A stretch of 64,000 nt of DNA from Nitrospirota bacterium (GTDB lineage: Bacteria > Nitrospirota > JACRHJ01), in assembly GCA_963845245.1 (NCBI GenBank), contig CAWJRJ010000020.1, positions 96,001 through 160,000 of the forward strand, in the 5' to 3' direction. The notes beneath the pieces were generated by a model that was not told the origin of the DNA, did not search any database, and saw only the letters and a program-made list of their open reading frames with translations. Both the position numbers and the translations under genes were made by a program. Positions 50,021 through 60,919 of the stretch are shown piece by piece (the first letter of the stretch is position 1; the number at the start of each line of letters is the position of its first letter).

Positions 50021-50946
50021 ATCATCCCTCCATGTTCATTTATATCTTCAAAATGCGTCAGGCTCTTGAACTCGCGGAACCGTGCCTGTATCTCTTTGTA
50101 GTCAAGGCTCTTCATCCTGTTAAGGCTGAAGTCTTCCACATTAAACGATGCCATCACGCTGCCGAATATCATAGCCTGCCTGAATGTAGACTCGCTGAAA
50201 TTGTTAAGGTTGGCGAGATACCCCATGAAACCGCCTGCAAAACTGTCACCCGCACCGGTGGGGTCAAAGACAGATTCGAGCGGGAAAGCCGGGGCAGAGA
50301 ACACCCCGTCGGAGTGAAACATCAACGATCCGTATTCACCCTGTTTTACTATAAGTGTCGACGGCCCCATCCCCTGTATTATTTTGGCGGCTTTCACTAG
50401 GTTCGGGACACCAGCAAGCTGCCGGGCCTCTGCCTCGTTTATAAGAAGGATGTTCACTTCAGCCAGCGTCTTGATGAGCTCGTCTTTCTTCCCATCTATC
50501 CAGAAGTTCATGGTGTCGCAGGCGACAAGCTTGGGTTTTTCTATCTGGTGAAGCACTTCTCTCTGCAGTACCGGGTCGATGTTCGCAAGGAACACAACGT
50601 CCGCGTTTTTGTATTGTTCTGGTATCTTTGGCTTGAACGTCTCGAAGACGTTTAAATGCGTTTCAAGAGTCTTGGCTTCGTTGAGGTCATAGCCGTATTC
50701 GCCTTTCCACCTGAAGGTCTTTCCGGGTGAGCGCTGGAGCCCTGCCACGTCTATCTTCCTGCTTTTAAGGAATGTGATGTGTTTTTCAGGGAAGTCCTCG
50801 CCTATAACTGCTACGAGGTTGACGCCGGTGAAATAACTGGCGGCGGTGGAGAAATATGTGGCGGACCCGCCCAAGACTTCGTCTGCCTCGCCGAACGGTG
50901 TCTTTACTGTATCGAATGCCACGGAACCGACTACTAACAGACTCAT
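50017..50946 (-). CDS. PfkB family carbohydrate/nucleoside kinase
   Basis: VGSVAFD, GGSATY, DTMNFWI, DPTGAGDSFAGG. Confidence 0.9.
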   Translation of the reverse strand: MSLLVVGSVAFDTVKTPFGEADEVLGGSATYFSTAASYFTGVNLVAVIGEDFPEKHITFLKSRKIDVAGLQRSPGKTFRWKGEYGYDLNEAKTLETHLNVFETFKPKIPEQYKNADVVFLANIDPVLQREVLHQIEKPKLVACDTMNFWIDGKKDELIKTLAEVNILLINEAEARQLAGVPNLVKAAKIIQGMGPSTLIVKQGEYGSLMFHSDGVFSAPAFPLESVFDPTGAGDSFAGGFMGYLANLNNFSESTFRQAMIFGSVMASFNVEDFSLNRMKSLDYKEIQARFREFKSLTHFEDINEHGGMI

Positions 50947-50948
50947 TG

Positions 50949-51824
50949 TTACACGCTCCCGACGTTAAAGTATTTTCCGATTAAAAGGTCAAGCTTCTCT
51001 TTAGTTTGTCCGGGGATGAGTGCGGCAGGGGTCATGATGGCATACTTGAGCGCCTCGCCGCACGGGCAAACGCGCGTCTCCGGTATACGCTTGACTGCAG
51101 CCTTGATTATCGCCTTCGCGGTCTCCACGTTGGCCATGAGCGTGGCGATGACCGCGTCAACAGTCACGTCCTCTTCTGTCTCATGCCAGCAGTCGTAGTC
51201 GGTGGCAAGGGCGAGTGTGGCATAGCAGACTTCGGCCTCGCGCGCAAGTTTGGCCTCGGTGGCGTTCGTCATGCCTATGACGTCTACACCCCATTTACGG
51301 TGGATCAGGGACTCGCCCCTCGTTGAGAACTGCGGCCCTTCCATGCAGAGGTATGTGCCGCCCTTGTGCATCGTGGCCCCGGACTTCACGCCGGAATCAT
51401 AAAGTATCTGCGCCAGCTCGTGGCATACAGGGTCGGCCATACCCACATGGGCGACCACGCCCTCGCCGAAGTAGGTGCTGGTCCTGTGCTTCGTGAGGTC
51501 GTAGAACTGGTCGGGTACTACTATGTGGCCGGGCACTATCTCTTCCTTCATGCTGCCGACCGCGGATACCGAGATTATGCGCTCGACGCCGAGCTTCTTC
51601 ATCGCATATATGTTCGCCCGGTAGTTGACCTCGGTCGGCGTGAACCTGTGCCCTTTGCCATGCCTCGGGAGGAAGGCCACCCGCCTGCCCTCAAGCGTAC
51701 CGATTATAAAATCATCCGATGGGTCGCCGAAAGGGGTATCGACTTTTATCGTCTTGACGTCCGTCAGCCCCTCCATCTCGTAAAGGCCGCTTCCGCCAAT
51801 AATACCTATAGATGCCTCGACCAT
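50949..51824 (-). CDS. mtnP: S-methyl-5'-thioadenosine phosphorylase
   Basis: IGGSGLY, TPFG, PRHG.GH, NYRANI, EGPQFST, IGMT, ATDYDCW. Confidence 0.92.
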   Translation of the reverse strand: MVEASIGIIGGSGLYEMEGLTDVKTIKVDTPFGDPSDDFIIGTLEGRRVAFLPRHGKGHRFTPTEVNYRANIYAMKKLGVERIISVSAVGSMKEEIVPGHIVVPDQFYDLTKHRTSTYFGEGVVAHVGMADPVCHELAQILYDSGVKSGATMHKGGTYLCMEGPQFSTRGESLIHRKWGVDVIGMTNATEAKLAREAEVCYATLALATDYDCWHETEEDVTVDAVIATLMANVETAKAIIKAAVKRIPETRVCPCGEALKYAIMTPAALIPGQTKEKLDLLIGKYFNVGSV

Positions 51825-51894
51825 ATTCTCCCTTAAACAAATAATGATTACAGAAAACTACAGAGCGGCCCACGGACGGGCTAAAAACTTCATA

Positions 51895-51924
51895 ATTATA
51901 GGATAAGCCTGACTGAATTGTAAA
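51895..51924 (-). promoter_or_regulatory. Sigma70-like promoter upstream of mtnP
   Basis: Minus strand TTTACA-18 bp-TATAAT. Confidence 0.5.
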
Positions 51925-51934
51925 GGTTTTTTCG

Positions 51935-52334
51935 CTATTTAATTGAATTATAATAATCTTCGAGGATTATCTTGTGGTCGAAGCAGATTTGGGACGGCAG
52001 GTTGTCACGGGTAAAGACGCCGACACCCGCTGCATCGTCGCCTGCCTTTGGGGTGCCCTGTCGCCGTGGCTATGAAGACTGTGGTGATGGTATGGAACCT
52101 CGTGTCGCGGGATGGGTCTGAATAGGTGTGCAGTTGCCTTACAAGTTCAACATCAAGCGAGGTCTCTTCCTTCGCCTCGCGGACGGCGGCCTGCTCCAGA
52201 GACTCGCCATAATCGACAAACCCGCCCGGGAGAGCCCATCCCTCGGGCGGGTTTTTTCTTTGTATCAGTACTATCCCATCCGGCAGTTCGATGATTATGT
52301 CAACTGTGGGGACAGGGTTTCTATGTTCCGCCAT
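51935..52334 (-). CDS. NUDIX hydrolase, frameshift near 52045
   Basis: ATG 52334 [37 protein letters not shown]; the shifted frame continues GDDA...[10 protein letters not shown] to a TAG at 51935. Confidence 0.85.
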
Positions 52335-52713
52335 CAGCCCTCTACCCAGGGCTCCTCGTTCTCGCCGGGCGGCACGGCCGTTGTCTCCGGCCCGACCTCC
52401 GTTTGTATGGGGGAGATTGCGGGGACCGGGGCCTTTACCGGCTCCGCTGCCTTTACCGGTTCCGCGCTTGCTCCGGTTCCGGGTGCGATGTATGCCCAAC
52501 AAGCTCGACCGCCCTCTCCGGGACTATCGAGTTGATGGCGTGCTTGTATATCAGGTGCTGGCCGTCGTGCTTCACGAGTATGACGAAGTTGTCGAAGCCC
52601 TTCACCAGGCCGTCGATCTTCCCGCCGCCCGTGATGTTGATGGTTACGCCTATCTTCTCTTTCCTTACGTGGTTTAAAAAAGCGTCTTGCAGGTTGATCT
52701 GGGAACGGGACAT
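52334..52713 (-). CDS. hfq: RNA chaperone Hfq (ORF track stops at 52453; probably extends to 52334 after a frameshift)
   Basis: [26 protein letters not shown]; follows miaA. Confidence 0.9.
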
Positions 52714-52757
52714 GATTACTCCTTTAAAAGGTATCCATTATTCAATACTATTAAAAA

Positions 52758-53695
52758 TTAACCCAAAACCCGGAAAATATCAAGGGCTTTCTTTATTTCC
52801 GTCCAAGGCCTGCCCGCTGTCGGGCAGGCCTGACAGGTCGATCCAGTTCACCCTCGGCTCGGCGTTGAACCATGTGAACTGCCGCTTTGCGTAGCGTTTG
52901 CTGTCCCTCTTTATAAGGCCGACGGCCTCGTCGAGCGTGTTCTCGCCGTCCAGGTGTGCAAGGAGTTGCTTGTACCCAAGGGCATACATCGATACCATTC
53001 CCCTCTTGCAGCCCATATCCCGAAGCGCCCTCACCTCTTCCAGAAAGCCCGAGGCCATCATTGCATCGACACGCTCTTCGATCCTTTTGTAAAGCTCAGC
53101 CCGGTCGCGTTTCAGGCCCGCAATCCTCACCGGCCTTCCGGTTGACGCAGCCCTGTGCTCTTCGTGCTGTCGGCTTATCGGGGTGCCTTCCTTCTGGTAG
53201 ACCTCAAGGGCGCGGATTATCCGGCGGATGTCGGCCGGTTGTATCTTCGCGGCGGATACCGGGTCTACCTTGTCCAGCATGGAGTAGAGCAGCCCCGGCG
53301 AGTTGCGTTCCTTCTCCTCCAAGCTCGCCTCTAAGCACCCAGTCCGCGGACGGGCCATCGATTAAGCCGTTGGTCAGGGCGCGCACGTAAAGCCCCGTCC
53401 CGCCGACCACGAGCGGCACCCTTCCCCTGCTTCTTATGTCCGCAATCGCCTCTTCCGCAAGCTTTAGGTAATCCCCCACGCTGAACTCTTCGCGCGGGTC
53501 GGCGACGTCAATCAGGTGGTGCGGGACGCGGGCGCGCTCACTCCGCGAAGGCTTCGCCGTGCCTATGTCCATCCCCCGGTACACCTGCATCGAGTCGGCG
53601 GAGATTATCTCGGCGTTTATCTCTTCGGCAAGCGAGAGGGAGAGTTCAGTCTTTCCGACGGCCGTCGGGCCGACAATAATTAAGAGTTCATTCAT
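52758..53695 (-). CDS. miaA: tRNA dimethylallyltransferase, frameshifts near 53330 and probably 52800
   Basis: GPTAVGKT, DSMQVYRGMDIGTAKP, VGGTGLY, RIIRALEV, YAKRQFTWF. Confidence 0.92.
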
Positions 53696-53699
53696 ATTT

Positions 53700-53727
53700 G
53701 TAGGGGCCGTACCCGCGTGTCGGCCCT
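53700..53727 (+). repeat. GTAG-type REP-like palindrome, single copy in this window
   Basis: GTAG-GGGCCG-TACCCGCGTGT-CGGCCC-T. Confidence 0.55.
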
Positions 53728-53854
53728 GATTAATGTTCTCATTTCTGAAATTTATTTATTAATAAATAACTGATAACAACTACACCACCTACAAACGCAA
53801 TAAGCCTCATCCAATCTTCGCCAATCAATTTAGCAAGCTGATCAAATAATTCTC

Positions 53855-55646
53855 TCATTTACGTTTGAACATCTTCTCCAACTCATTGCCGAAAATTTGA
53901 TTACCGTCGGCCTGCCATGCGCGCAGGTATACGGCGACTCGCACTCGAAGAGCTGTTGTATCAGCCGCAGTATCGCCTCGGGGTGGAGCCTCTGCCCGGC
54001 CTTTATTGCGCTCTTGCATGCGATGAGCTGGTACACCTTCTCGCGCAGGTCCTCCACCTTGCCCTTGATGTCGGCTTCCTCTATGTCCGTGAGGATGCCG
54101 AGGACGGCCTCTTTTATGTCCACCTTGTCCATGAAGAGCGGCTTGGAGCGGATGAGGAACGAGCCGCCCCCGAAATGCTCCGCCTCGATTCCTATCTCGT
54201 TCAGTTCCGGGAGTATCCCCTCCATCAGCGCGGCCTCTTTTGCCGTGAGGTCAAGCTGTACCGGGACGAGCAGACCCTGCGAGCCGTGACCCAGCTTCCC
54301 ATGACGCGCCTTCACCTTCTCATACTGTATACGCTCGTGCGCCGCATGCTGGTCTATCACCATGTAACCGTCCTCTGACGGCACGACGATGTACGTGTCG
54401 GCCACCTGCAAAGGCGCGGCCTGACCGCCTGTTTCATAGTGCCTCGTCTCGTCCGGTTTCCACTCGCGCTTCTCCGATTGAATACGCGGCAGGGTGAAGT
54501 TCTGCTGCCTGGGTATGCTCTGCGAATAGTCCCGCGTCGGGTAGTAATCAGGCTTCCCTTCCGACGATTGATACATATGTATCACGGGGCTCGCGTACGC
54601 CTCCAGCAAACGGGGTGAAGCCAGTCGGTATCTGATGCTGTATCTTCCGTTGCCTCCCGTCCCTTGAACGCGTTGGCGATAGCGTCATAAACTACCTTGT
54701 GCACCTCTGAGTTGTCGGCGAACCGCACCTCCCTCTTTGAGGGGTGCACATTCACGTCGACCAAGGCCGGGTCCATAGTTATAAACAGTATTGTCGCTGG
54801 GTGCCTGTCCTTCATTATCATCGACTGGTATGCGTCGTATATCGCGCGTGTTATTATGTTGTTTTTTACCGGCCTGCCGTTTAAGAATATCTCCTGCCTG
54901 CCCTTGTCGGAATAGGACTGGCCCGGCGCGGAAACGAAGCCGGACACTGAGAACGCGCCCCTCTCAAGGCCGATCTCCATGAGCCCGTCCGCAAAATTAA
55001 CGCCATACACCTGGGCTATCCTGTCCTTTATGTTTCGCACAGGCGGACAGTCGAGCGCCTCCCTGCCCTCATGGGTAAGCCTCAGGTGGACCTCGGGGTG
55101 CGAGAGCGCGGTCTTCTCTATTGCAGCCGCGATGTGGCTGAACTCTGTCTCGCGACTCTTTAAGAACTTTAGACGTGCGGGTGTGTTGAAGAAGAGGTCG
55201 CGGACCTCGATGATGGTGCCCTTAGGAGTGCCTGCCTCTTTTGCCGTAATGAGCTTCCCGCCCTCTATGATAACAAGTGTGCCGGGCGCGCCGTCGCCGG
55301 TGGATGTGACAAGCCGCATCCTCGATACGGACGCGATGGAGGGTATGGCCTCACCCCTGAACCCGAGCGTGCGGATCGCGGAGAGGTCGTCAATGGAACC
55401 TATCTTGCTGGTGGCGTGCCTCTCAAGGGAGAGCAGGGCATCGTCCGGCCCCATCCCGCAGCCGTCGTCGGACACGCTGATGAGCTTGGTGCCGCCCGAC
55501 TGGATATCCACGAATATGCGGCGGGCGCCAGCGTCGAGCGAGTTCTCGACAAGCTCCTTGACGACCGATGCCGGGCGTTCGACCACCTCACCGGCGGCTA
55601 TCTTGTTTGCGAGGTTTTCCGGAAGGACTTTGATTATTACAGGCAT
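53855..55646 (-). CDS. mutL: DNA mismatch repair protein, frameshifts near 54600 and 53890
   Basis: IAAGEVVERPASVVKELVENSLDAGA, GFRGEA, VDVNVHP.K.EV, DQHAAHER, ACK.AIK, CAHGRP (endonuclease-type MutL). Confidence 0.93.
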
Positions 55647-55722
55647 GGGGAGGATTATATCAGATACTATACGGGTAATGTACAGCAAAAATTATTAAGC
55701 GTTCTCCGGCAGGGTGACAGGT

Positions 55723-56178
55723 TCATTTATGCCCGGTATGGCCGAACCCGCCGTCGTTTCTCGCGGTATCGGACAGGGACTCAACCACAATTATCTCTGC
55801 CCGGACCACAGGCGCAATCACCATCTGGGCTATCCTGTCGCCCCGCTTCACGATAAAGTCTGACGCGCCGAAGTTTATCAGGATGATGCCTATCTCACCC
55901 CTGTAGTCCGCGTCGATCGTGCCGGGGGTATTGACAAGGCTTATGCCGTGCTTGAGGGCCAGACCGCTCCTGGGCCGTATCTGTGCCTCGTAGCCTTCCG
56001 GCAGCTCAACCGACAGCCCTGTGGGCACAAGCACCCATTTGCCGGGCTCTATGACCACTTCTTCGGCTACTGCAGCCATGAGGTCGACACCTGACGCGTG
56101 CTTTGACTGGTACTCAGGAATTGGGAGCCCATCGGCTGAGGGCAGGGTCTTTATTTTGAGTTTGATTGTTTCAGGCAT
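55723..56178 (-). CDS. dut: dUTP pyrophosphatase
   Basis: [41 protein letters not shown]; own ATG at 56178. Confidence 0.93.
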   Translation of the reverse strand: MPETIKLKIKTLPSADGLPIPEYQSKHASGVDLMAAVAEEVVIEPGKWVLVPTGLSVELPEGYEAQIRPRSGLALKHGISLVNTPGTIDADYRGEIGIILINFGASDFIVKRGDRIAQMVIAPVVRAEIIVVESLSDTARNDGGFGHTGHK

Positions 56179-56186
56179 AGGGCGGG

Positions 56187-57445
56187 TTAAAACTCCGCGG
56201 CCTCGGCGGCGATGTCCTGTTTTGTAATCGGGCCGAGTGCGGTAAGGGCCATCCTGCCTTCCTTGAACACCGTCTTTACTATCCCCTCGACCTGCTCCTT
56301 GTTCACCTGGTTGATCATGCTCCAGCACCTCGTCGATGGTGTAGTGTCTGTCCAGGTAAAGCTCCTGTTTTGCAAGCTGGCTCATCCGGTTGTAGGTATT
56401 CTCCATGGCGAGGACGACGTTGCCCTTGAGCTGTTCCTTTACCTTCTCGAGTTCGTCCACCGTCACGCCGTCCTTGCGTATCTTCTTTATCTCTTTGGAT
56501 ATGAGCTTGACAACGGAAGGGGCCTTCGACGGGCTTACGCCCGCATATATCACAAGCAGGCCCGTATCCTTCATGGACGTAAGGTATGAATAGACGGAGT
56601 ATGCAAGGCCGCGCTTCTCCCGTATTTCCTGGAAAAGTCGGGAACTCATGCTGCTGCCAAGCAGCGTATTCATCGCATATATGCCGAAGCGGTCTTTGTG
56701 GCTATAGGGCAGGCCTTCGGATGCAATGCAGATGTGGGCCTGCTCCAGCTTGCGGTGACTGACCTTCATGTCTTTGTTGAAGGCGGCCAGCACGGACTTT
56801 TTGGCTGGGCTTTTGCTCTTGCGGCCCCCGAAGCTTGCGTTGAGCATGTCTATCAGCTTGTTGCGGTCGAACTTGCCGGCGGCGGATATCACTATGTTAG
56901 ACGGCTTGTAATACTTCGACATGTAGTCTTTTATGTTTTCTCTGGTAAGCCCGCCGACGGTCTTCTTGCTGCCGAGTACGGGCTGGCCGAGCGGGTTGCC
57001 GCGCCATACGGTCTCATACAGGAGTTCATGGACCAGGTCGTCAGGCGTGTCCTCCACCATCTTTATCTCTTCGATTATAACTTTCCTCTCCCGTTCGATC
57101 TCTTTGGGGTCAAAGATCGAGTGGTTGAAGATATCAGAGAGGAGGTCAACGGCCCTTGGAAGGTGCTCGTCGAGCACCTTTACATAATAGGTCGTGCCTT
57201 CCTTGCTGGTAAAGGCGTTAAGCTCCCCGCCCATGGAGTCCATCTCTATGGCAATGTCCCTGGCGCTCCTTTTTTTGGTGCCCTTGAACAGCATATGCTC
57301 TATGAAATGGGATATCCCGTTCTCGGCTGGGGCTTCGTCCCGGGAGCCCGACATCCACCCATATCCCGAGCGATGCGGAGCGGACGTGCGGTATGATCTC
57401 GGTTACTACCCTGATCCCGTTATCTAGTATTTCTTTTTTGTACAT
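56187..57445 (-). CDS. M16 (pitrilysin) family zinc peptidase, frameshifts near 57355 and 56320
   Basis: [26 protein letters not shown] (HxxEH), [23 protein letters not shown]; typical position after pnp. Confidence 0.88.
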
Positions 57446-57462
57446 GGTTATAAATATACCAT

Positions 57463-57500
57463 AAAAAAAGGGAAACAGGCCTTCTTACAGCCTATTTCCC
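57463..57500 (-). terminator. Rho-independent terminator after pnp
   Basis: Minus strand GGGAAATAGGC-loop-GCCTGTTTCCC followed by T7. Confidence 0.8.
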
Positions 57501-57526
57501 GTTGAATATAACAGGAACTTATCCCT

Positions 57527-59622
57527 TTACTCTTTTTTCGCCAGGTCCCTGGCGGCCTCTTTCGCGCTCAGGCGGATCTTGCCCTGACGGTCAACTTCGA
57601 GGACCTTGACCATTACCTCGTCGCCCTCTTTGAGCTCGTCGGAGACGTTCTGCACCCTGTGCTCGGCAATCTGGGAGACATGCAGAAGTCCGTCGGTGCC
57701 CGGGGTAATCTCCACGAATGCGCCGAAGTCCATTATCTTGCGGACCTTGCCCTTGTATATCCTGCCGACTTCGGGCTCCTCTACGATGCCCTTGATAATA
57801 TCTATAGCGCGCTGTGCAGCCGCGCCGTCGGACGAGGCTATGTTTATCGCGCCGGTGTCCTCGATGTCTATCTTGCAGCCGGTCTCCTCGACTATGCCGC
57901 GGATGACCTTGCCGCCGGACCCGATGACTTCGCGTATCTTGTCCGGTTTGATGTATATGGTGAATATCCTGGGTGCATACGGGGAGAGCGACGCCCTTGG
58001 TTCCGGCAAGCGCCTTAAGCATCTCGCCCAGGATATGGAGCCTGCCTTCTCTGGCCTGTTCAAGCGCCTCCTTCATAAGGGCCTTGGTGACGCCTTCGAT
58101 CTTGATGTCCATCTGAAGGGCGCATACGCCGTCCTTCGTGCCGGTCACCTTGAAGTCCATGTCGCCCAGGTGGTCTTCAAGGCCAAGTATGTCGGAAAGG
58201 ACTACTGACCTGTCGCCTTCCTTTATAAGCCCCATGGCAATGCCCGCTACCGGCGCCTTGATGGGTACGCCTGCGTCCATCAGGGCGAGCGTGCCGCCGC
58301 AGACGGATGCCATCGACGAAGAACCGTTCGATTCCGTAATGTCCGAGACAATCCTTATGGTGTACGGGAATGCTTCCTTTGTCGGAATGACTGGTCCTCA
58401 GCGACTTCTCGGCGAGTGCGCCGTGCCCTATCTCCCTGCGGCCCGGGCCCCTGAGGAACCTGGCCTCGCCTACGGAGTAGGGCGGGAAGTTGTAATGGAG
58501 CATGAACGTCTTGTTTGATACGCCCTCAAGGGCGTCTATCATCTGGGCGTCATCCGAGGTGCCGAGCGTTGCCGCCACGAGCGCCTGGGTCTCGCCCCTT
58601 GTGAACAGTGCCGAGCCGTGCGTCCTGGGAAGGATGCTGGTATCGCAGGTGATCTGCCTGATCTGCTTGACCCCCCTGCCGTCAGCCCTTATACCCTTAT
58701 CCAGTATCATCTTCCTGACCATGTCCTTCTCGATGTCATGGAAGATGATGCTTATGTCCCTGGCCTTCGTCACGTCGTCCGGAGCCATCTCGGCTGTTAT
58801 GGCAGCCTGGAAGGTGTCCAGCGACTTCTGGCGTTCGGTCTTGTTCGGGATCTGGATATACTCCGCGATCTTCTCTAACGACTTTGCCTTGACCGCTTCG
58901 ACCAGGGCCGGGTCTATCTCTATCGGGTTTACCACCCTCTTTGGAAGGCCTGCCTTCTCCCGAAGTTCGTTCTGGAGCGCGACGCCCTTCTTTATCTCCT
59001 CGTGCGCAAGTTCGAGCGCGTCAAGCATGACGTCCTCGCTCAACTCCTTCGCCCACGACTCGACCATCATGATGGCGTCCGCGGTACCGGCGACGGTGAG
59101 TTCAAGCGTGGTCTCTTCCATCTCCTTGCGGTCGGGGTTCACGATGAGCTGGTCACCGATACGCCCTATCCTTACGGCGCTTACCGGACCGTTGAAGGGT
59201 ATGTCCGAGACGGTGACTGCCGCCGAAGCGCCTATCACAGCCAGTATGTCAGCTATGTTTTCCTCACCGTATGAGAGGACGTTCGCTATAATCTGGGTTT
59301 CACAAAAATAACCCTTTGGGAAAAGCGGCCTCAGCGGCCTGTCGATAAGCCGCGAGGTCAGGGTCTCCTTTTCAGTGAGCCTGCCTTCCCTCTTGAAAAA
59401 CCCTCCGGGTATCTTGCCTGCGGCATAGGTCTTTTCCAGGTAGTCGCAGGTAAGCGGGAAAAAGTCCAGCCCTTCCCTCGGTATCTTGGATGATACTGCA
59501 GTGGCCAGGAGTACGGTGTCACCGTATGTCACAACCACGGCTCCGCTTGCCTGCCTGGCTATCTTGCCCGTCTCCAGGGAAAGGGTTTTACCCCGTAGAG
59601 TCATTTCTACTTTATGAACCAT
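57527..59622 (-). CDS. pnp: Polyribonucleotide nucleotidyltransferase, frameshifts near 58400 and 58015
   Basis: [55 protein letters not shown] and S1 domains. Confidence 0.95.
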
Positions 59623-59640
59623 CAATAATCTCCGATCCTC

Positions 59641-59911
59641 TTATTTTCTCAGCCCAAGCTTCTCAATTATCGTCTTGTAACGGTCTACGCTCTTGTTCTT
59701 CAGGTAGTCGAGAAGCCTTCTCCTGCGGCCGACCATCTGAAGAAGCCCGCGCCTTGAATGGTGGTCCTTCTTGTGCGTCTTGAAATGCTCGGTAAGATAT
59801 TTGATGCGCTCACTTAAGAAGCGCTATCTGGACCTCCGGCGAACCGGTGTCCGCATCGTGTATTTTAAACTCCCCGATCACGCCCTGCTTTGCGTCTTTC
59901 TCCAAAGCCAT
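59641..59911 (-). CDS. rpsO: 30S ribosomal protein S15 with one extra base near 59815
   Basis: Not in the ORF track. [10 protein letters not shown]...[12 protein letters not shown] / [37 protein letters not shown]...KLGLRK; span 271 nt = 90 codons + 1. Confidence 0.93.
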
Positions 59912-60016
59912 TTTTAAATGTACCTCCTTCCGATGAAAGTTCTTTTTTTATACAAATTTACATATGTCCCAAGCCTTAGGAAATTATCACAAAGGCATGA
60001 GTTTGTAAAGCTTTTT

Positions 60017-60919
60017 TTAATTGAAAACTACTTTCAACTTTACCGGTGCAACGCCCTCCTCCAAACCTTCTGAGGACTCACCGACGGCAAGCAGATTGCC
60101 GGACTCGTCCAAAAGCCTCACCGGACGGCCAGGGACAAGACCTTCCGGCATCGTTATGAAGCCTTCCGTGGCGGGGCTTATGCCATTCATTATACCAGAT
60201 GCAGCTTCACCTGCAACCACGGCAGAAGCAACGTTTTGCAGCATTTCCCGCATCGGTATTATACGCGCGGCTATCTCCTCTTTCGAGGGTTTTTCGGATA
60301 GCCCCATGGCGTCCCGGACCAAGTAGTCGCCCACCCTCGAACGCCTTAACGATCTCATATGGGCACAGCTGCCGAGTGCTTTTCCCATGTCGCGGCAAAG
60401 TGTCCTGATATAAGTGCCCTTGGAGCAGACCACGTCAAAGCTGACATGAGGGCCTTCGATGCCTGTGAGCCGAAGTTCCTCTATGGTCACCTTCCGTGGA
60501 GCACGCTCCACTTCTTCGCCAGCCCGCGCCTTCTTGTAAAGCCGCTCCCCGCCCACCTTCACGGCCGAATACATAGGCGGGACCTGCTCTATCTCTCCGA
60601 TAAACCTGCGAAGAACCTCTTCAATATGTGCAGGCTCAAGCTCCGGCACCTGGCACTCCAAGGTTACCTGCCCAGAGGCGTCTTCGGTATCCGTCTCGGA
60701 ACCGAGTTCCATCACGGCGCTGTAGCCTTTCTTGTCCAGGTCAAAAAATCTGGCTAGCCTTGTAGCCTTCCCAACCAGAACAAGTATAAGTCCGGTAGCG
60801 TCCGGGTCGAGCGTGCCTGTATGGCCGACCCTTTTGATCCAGAGCGTTTTCCGTATATACGCCGCCGCATCGTGTGAGGTCCACCCTGCGGGCTTGTCAA
60901 CCAGCAGTAGGCCGTCCAT
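60017..60919 (-). CDS. truB: tRNA pseudouridine(55) synthase
   Basis: DKPAGWTSHD, GHTGTLDP.ATG, QVPPMYSAVK, CSKGTYIR. Confidence 0.95.
   Translation of the reverse strand: MDGLLLVDKPAGWTSHDAAAYIRKTLWIKRVGHTGTLDPDATGLILVLVGKATRLARFFDLDKKGYSAVMELGSETDTEDASGQVTLECQVPELEPAHIEEVLRRFIGEIEQVPPMYSAVKVGGERLYKKARAGEEVERAPRKVTIEELRLTGIEGPHVSFDVVCSKGTYIRTLCRDMGKALGSCAHMRSLRRSRVGDYLVRDAMGLSEKPSKEEIAARIIPMREMLQNVASAVVAGEAASGIMNGISPATEGFITMPEGLVPGRPVRLLDESGNLLAVGESSEGLEEGVAPVKLKVVFN

Noticed and set aside
55723..57354. Apparent 543 aa M16 peptidase-dUTPase fusion in the ORF track
   Set aside because: The true M16 C-terminus is in another frame (ORF 56187..56375) with its own stop, and dut has its own ATG at 56178; the fusion comes from a frameshift near 56320.
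59912..60016. Possible S15 autoregulatory leader upstream of rpsO
   Set aside because: Expected from other bacteria, but I could not identify a convincing structure by eye; it needs an Infernal/Rfam search.
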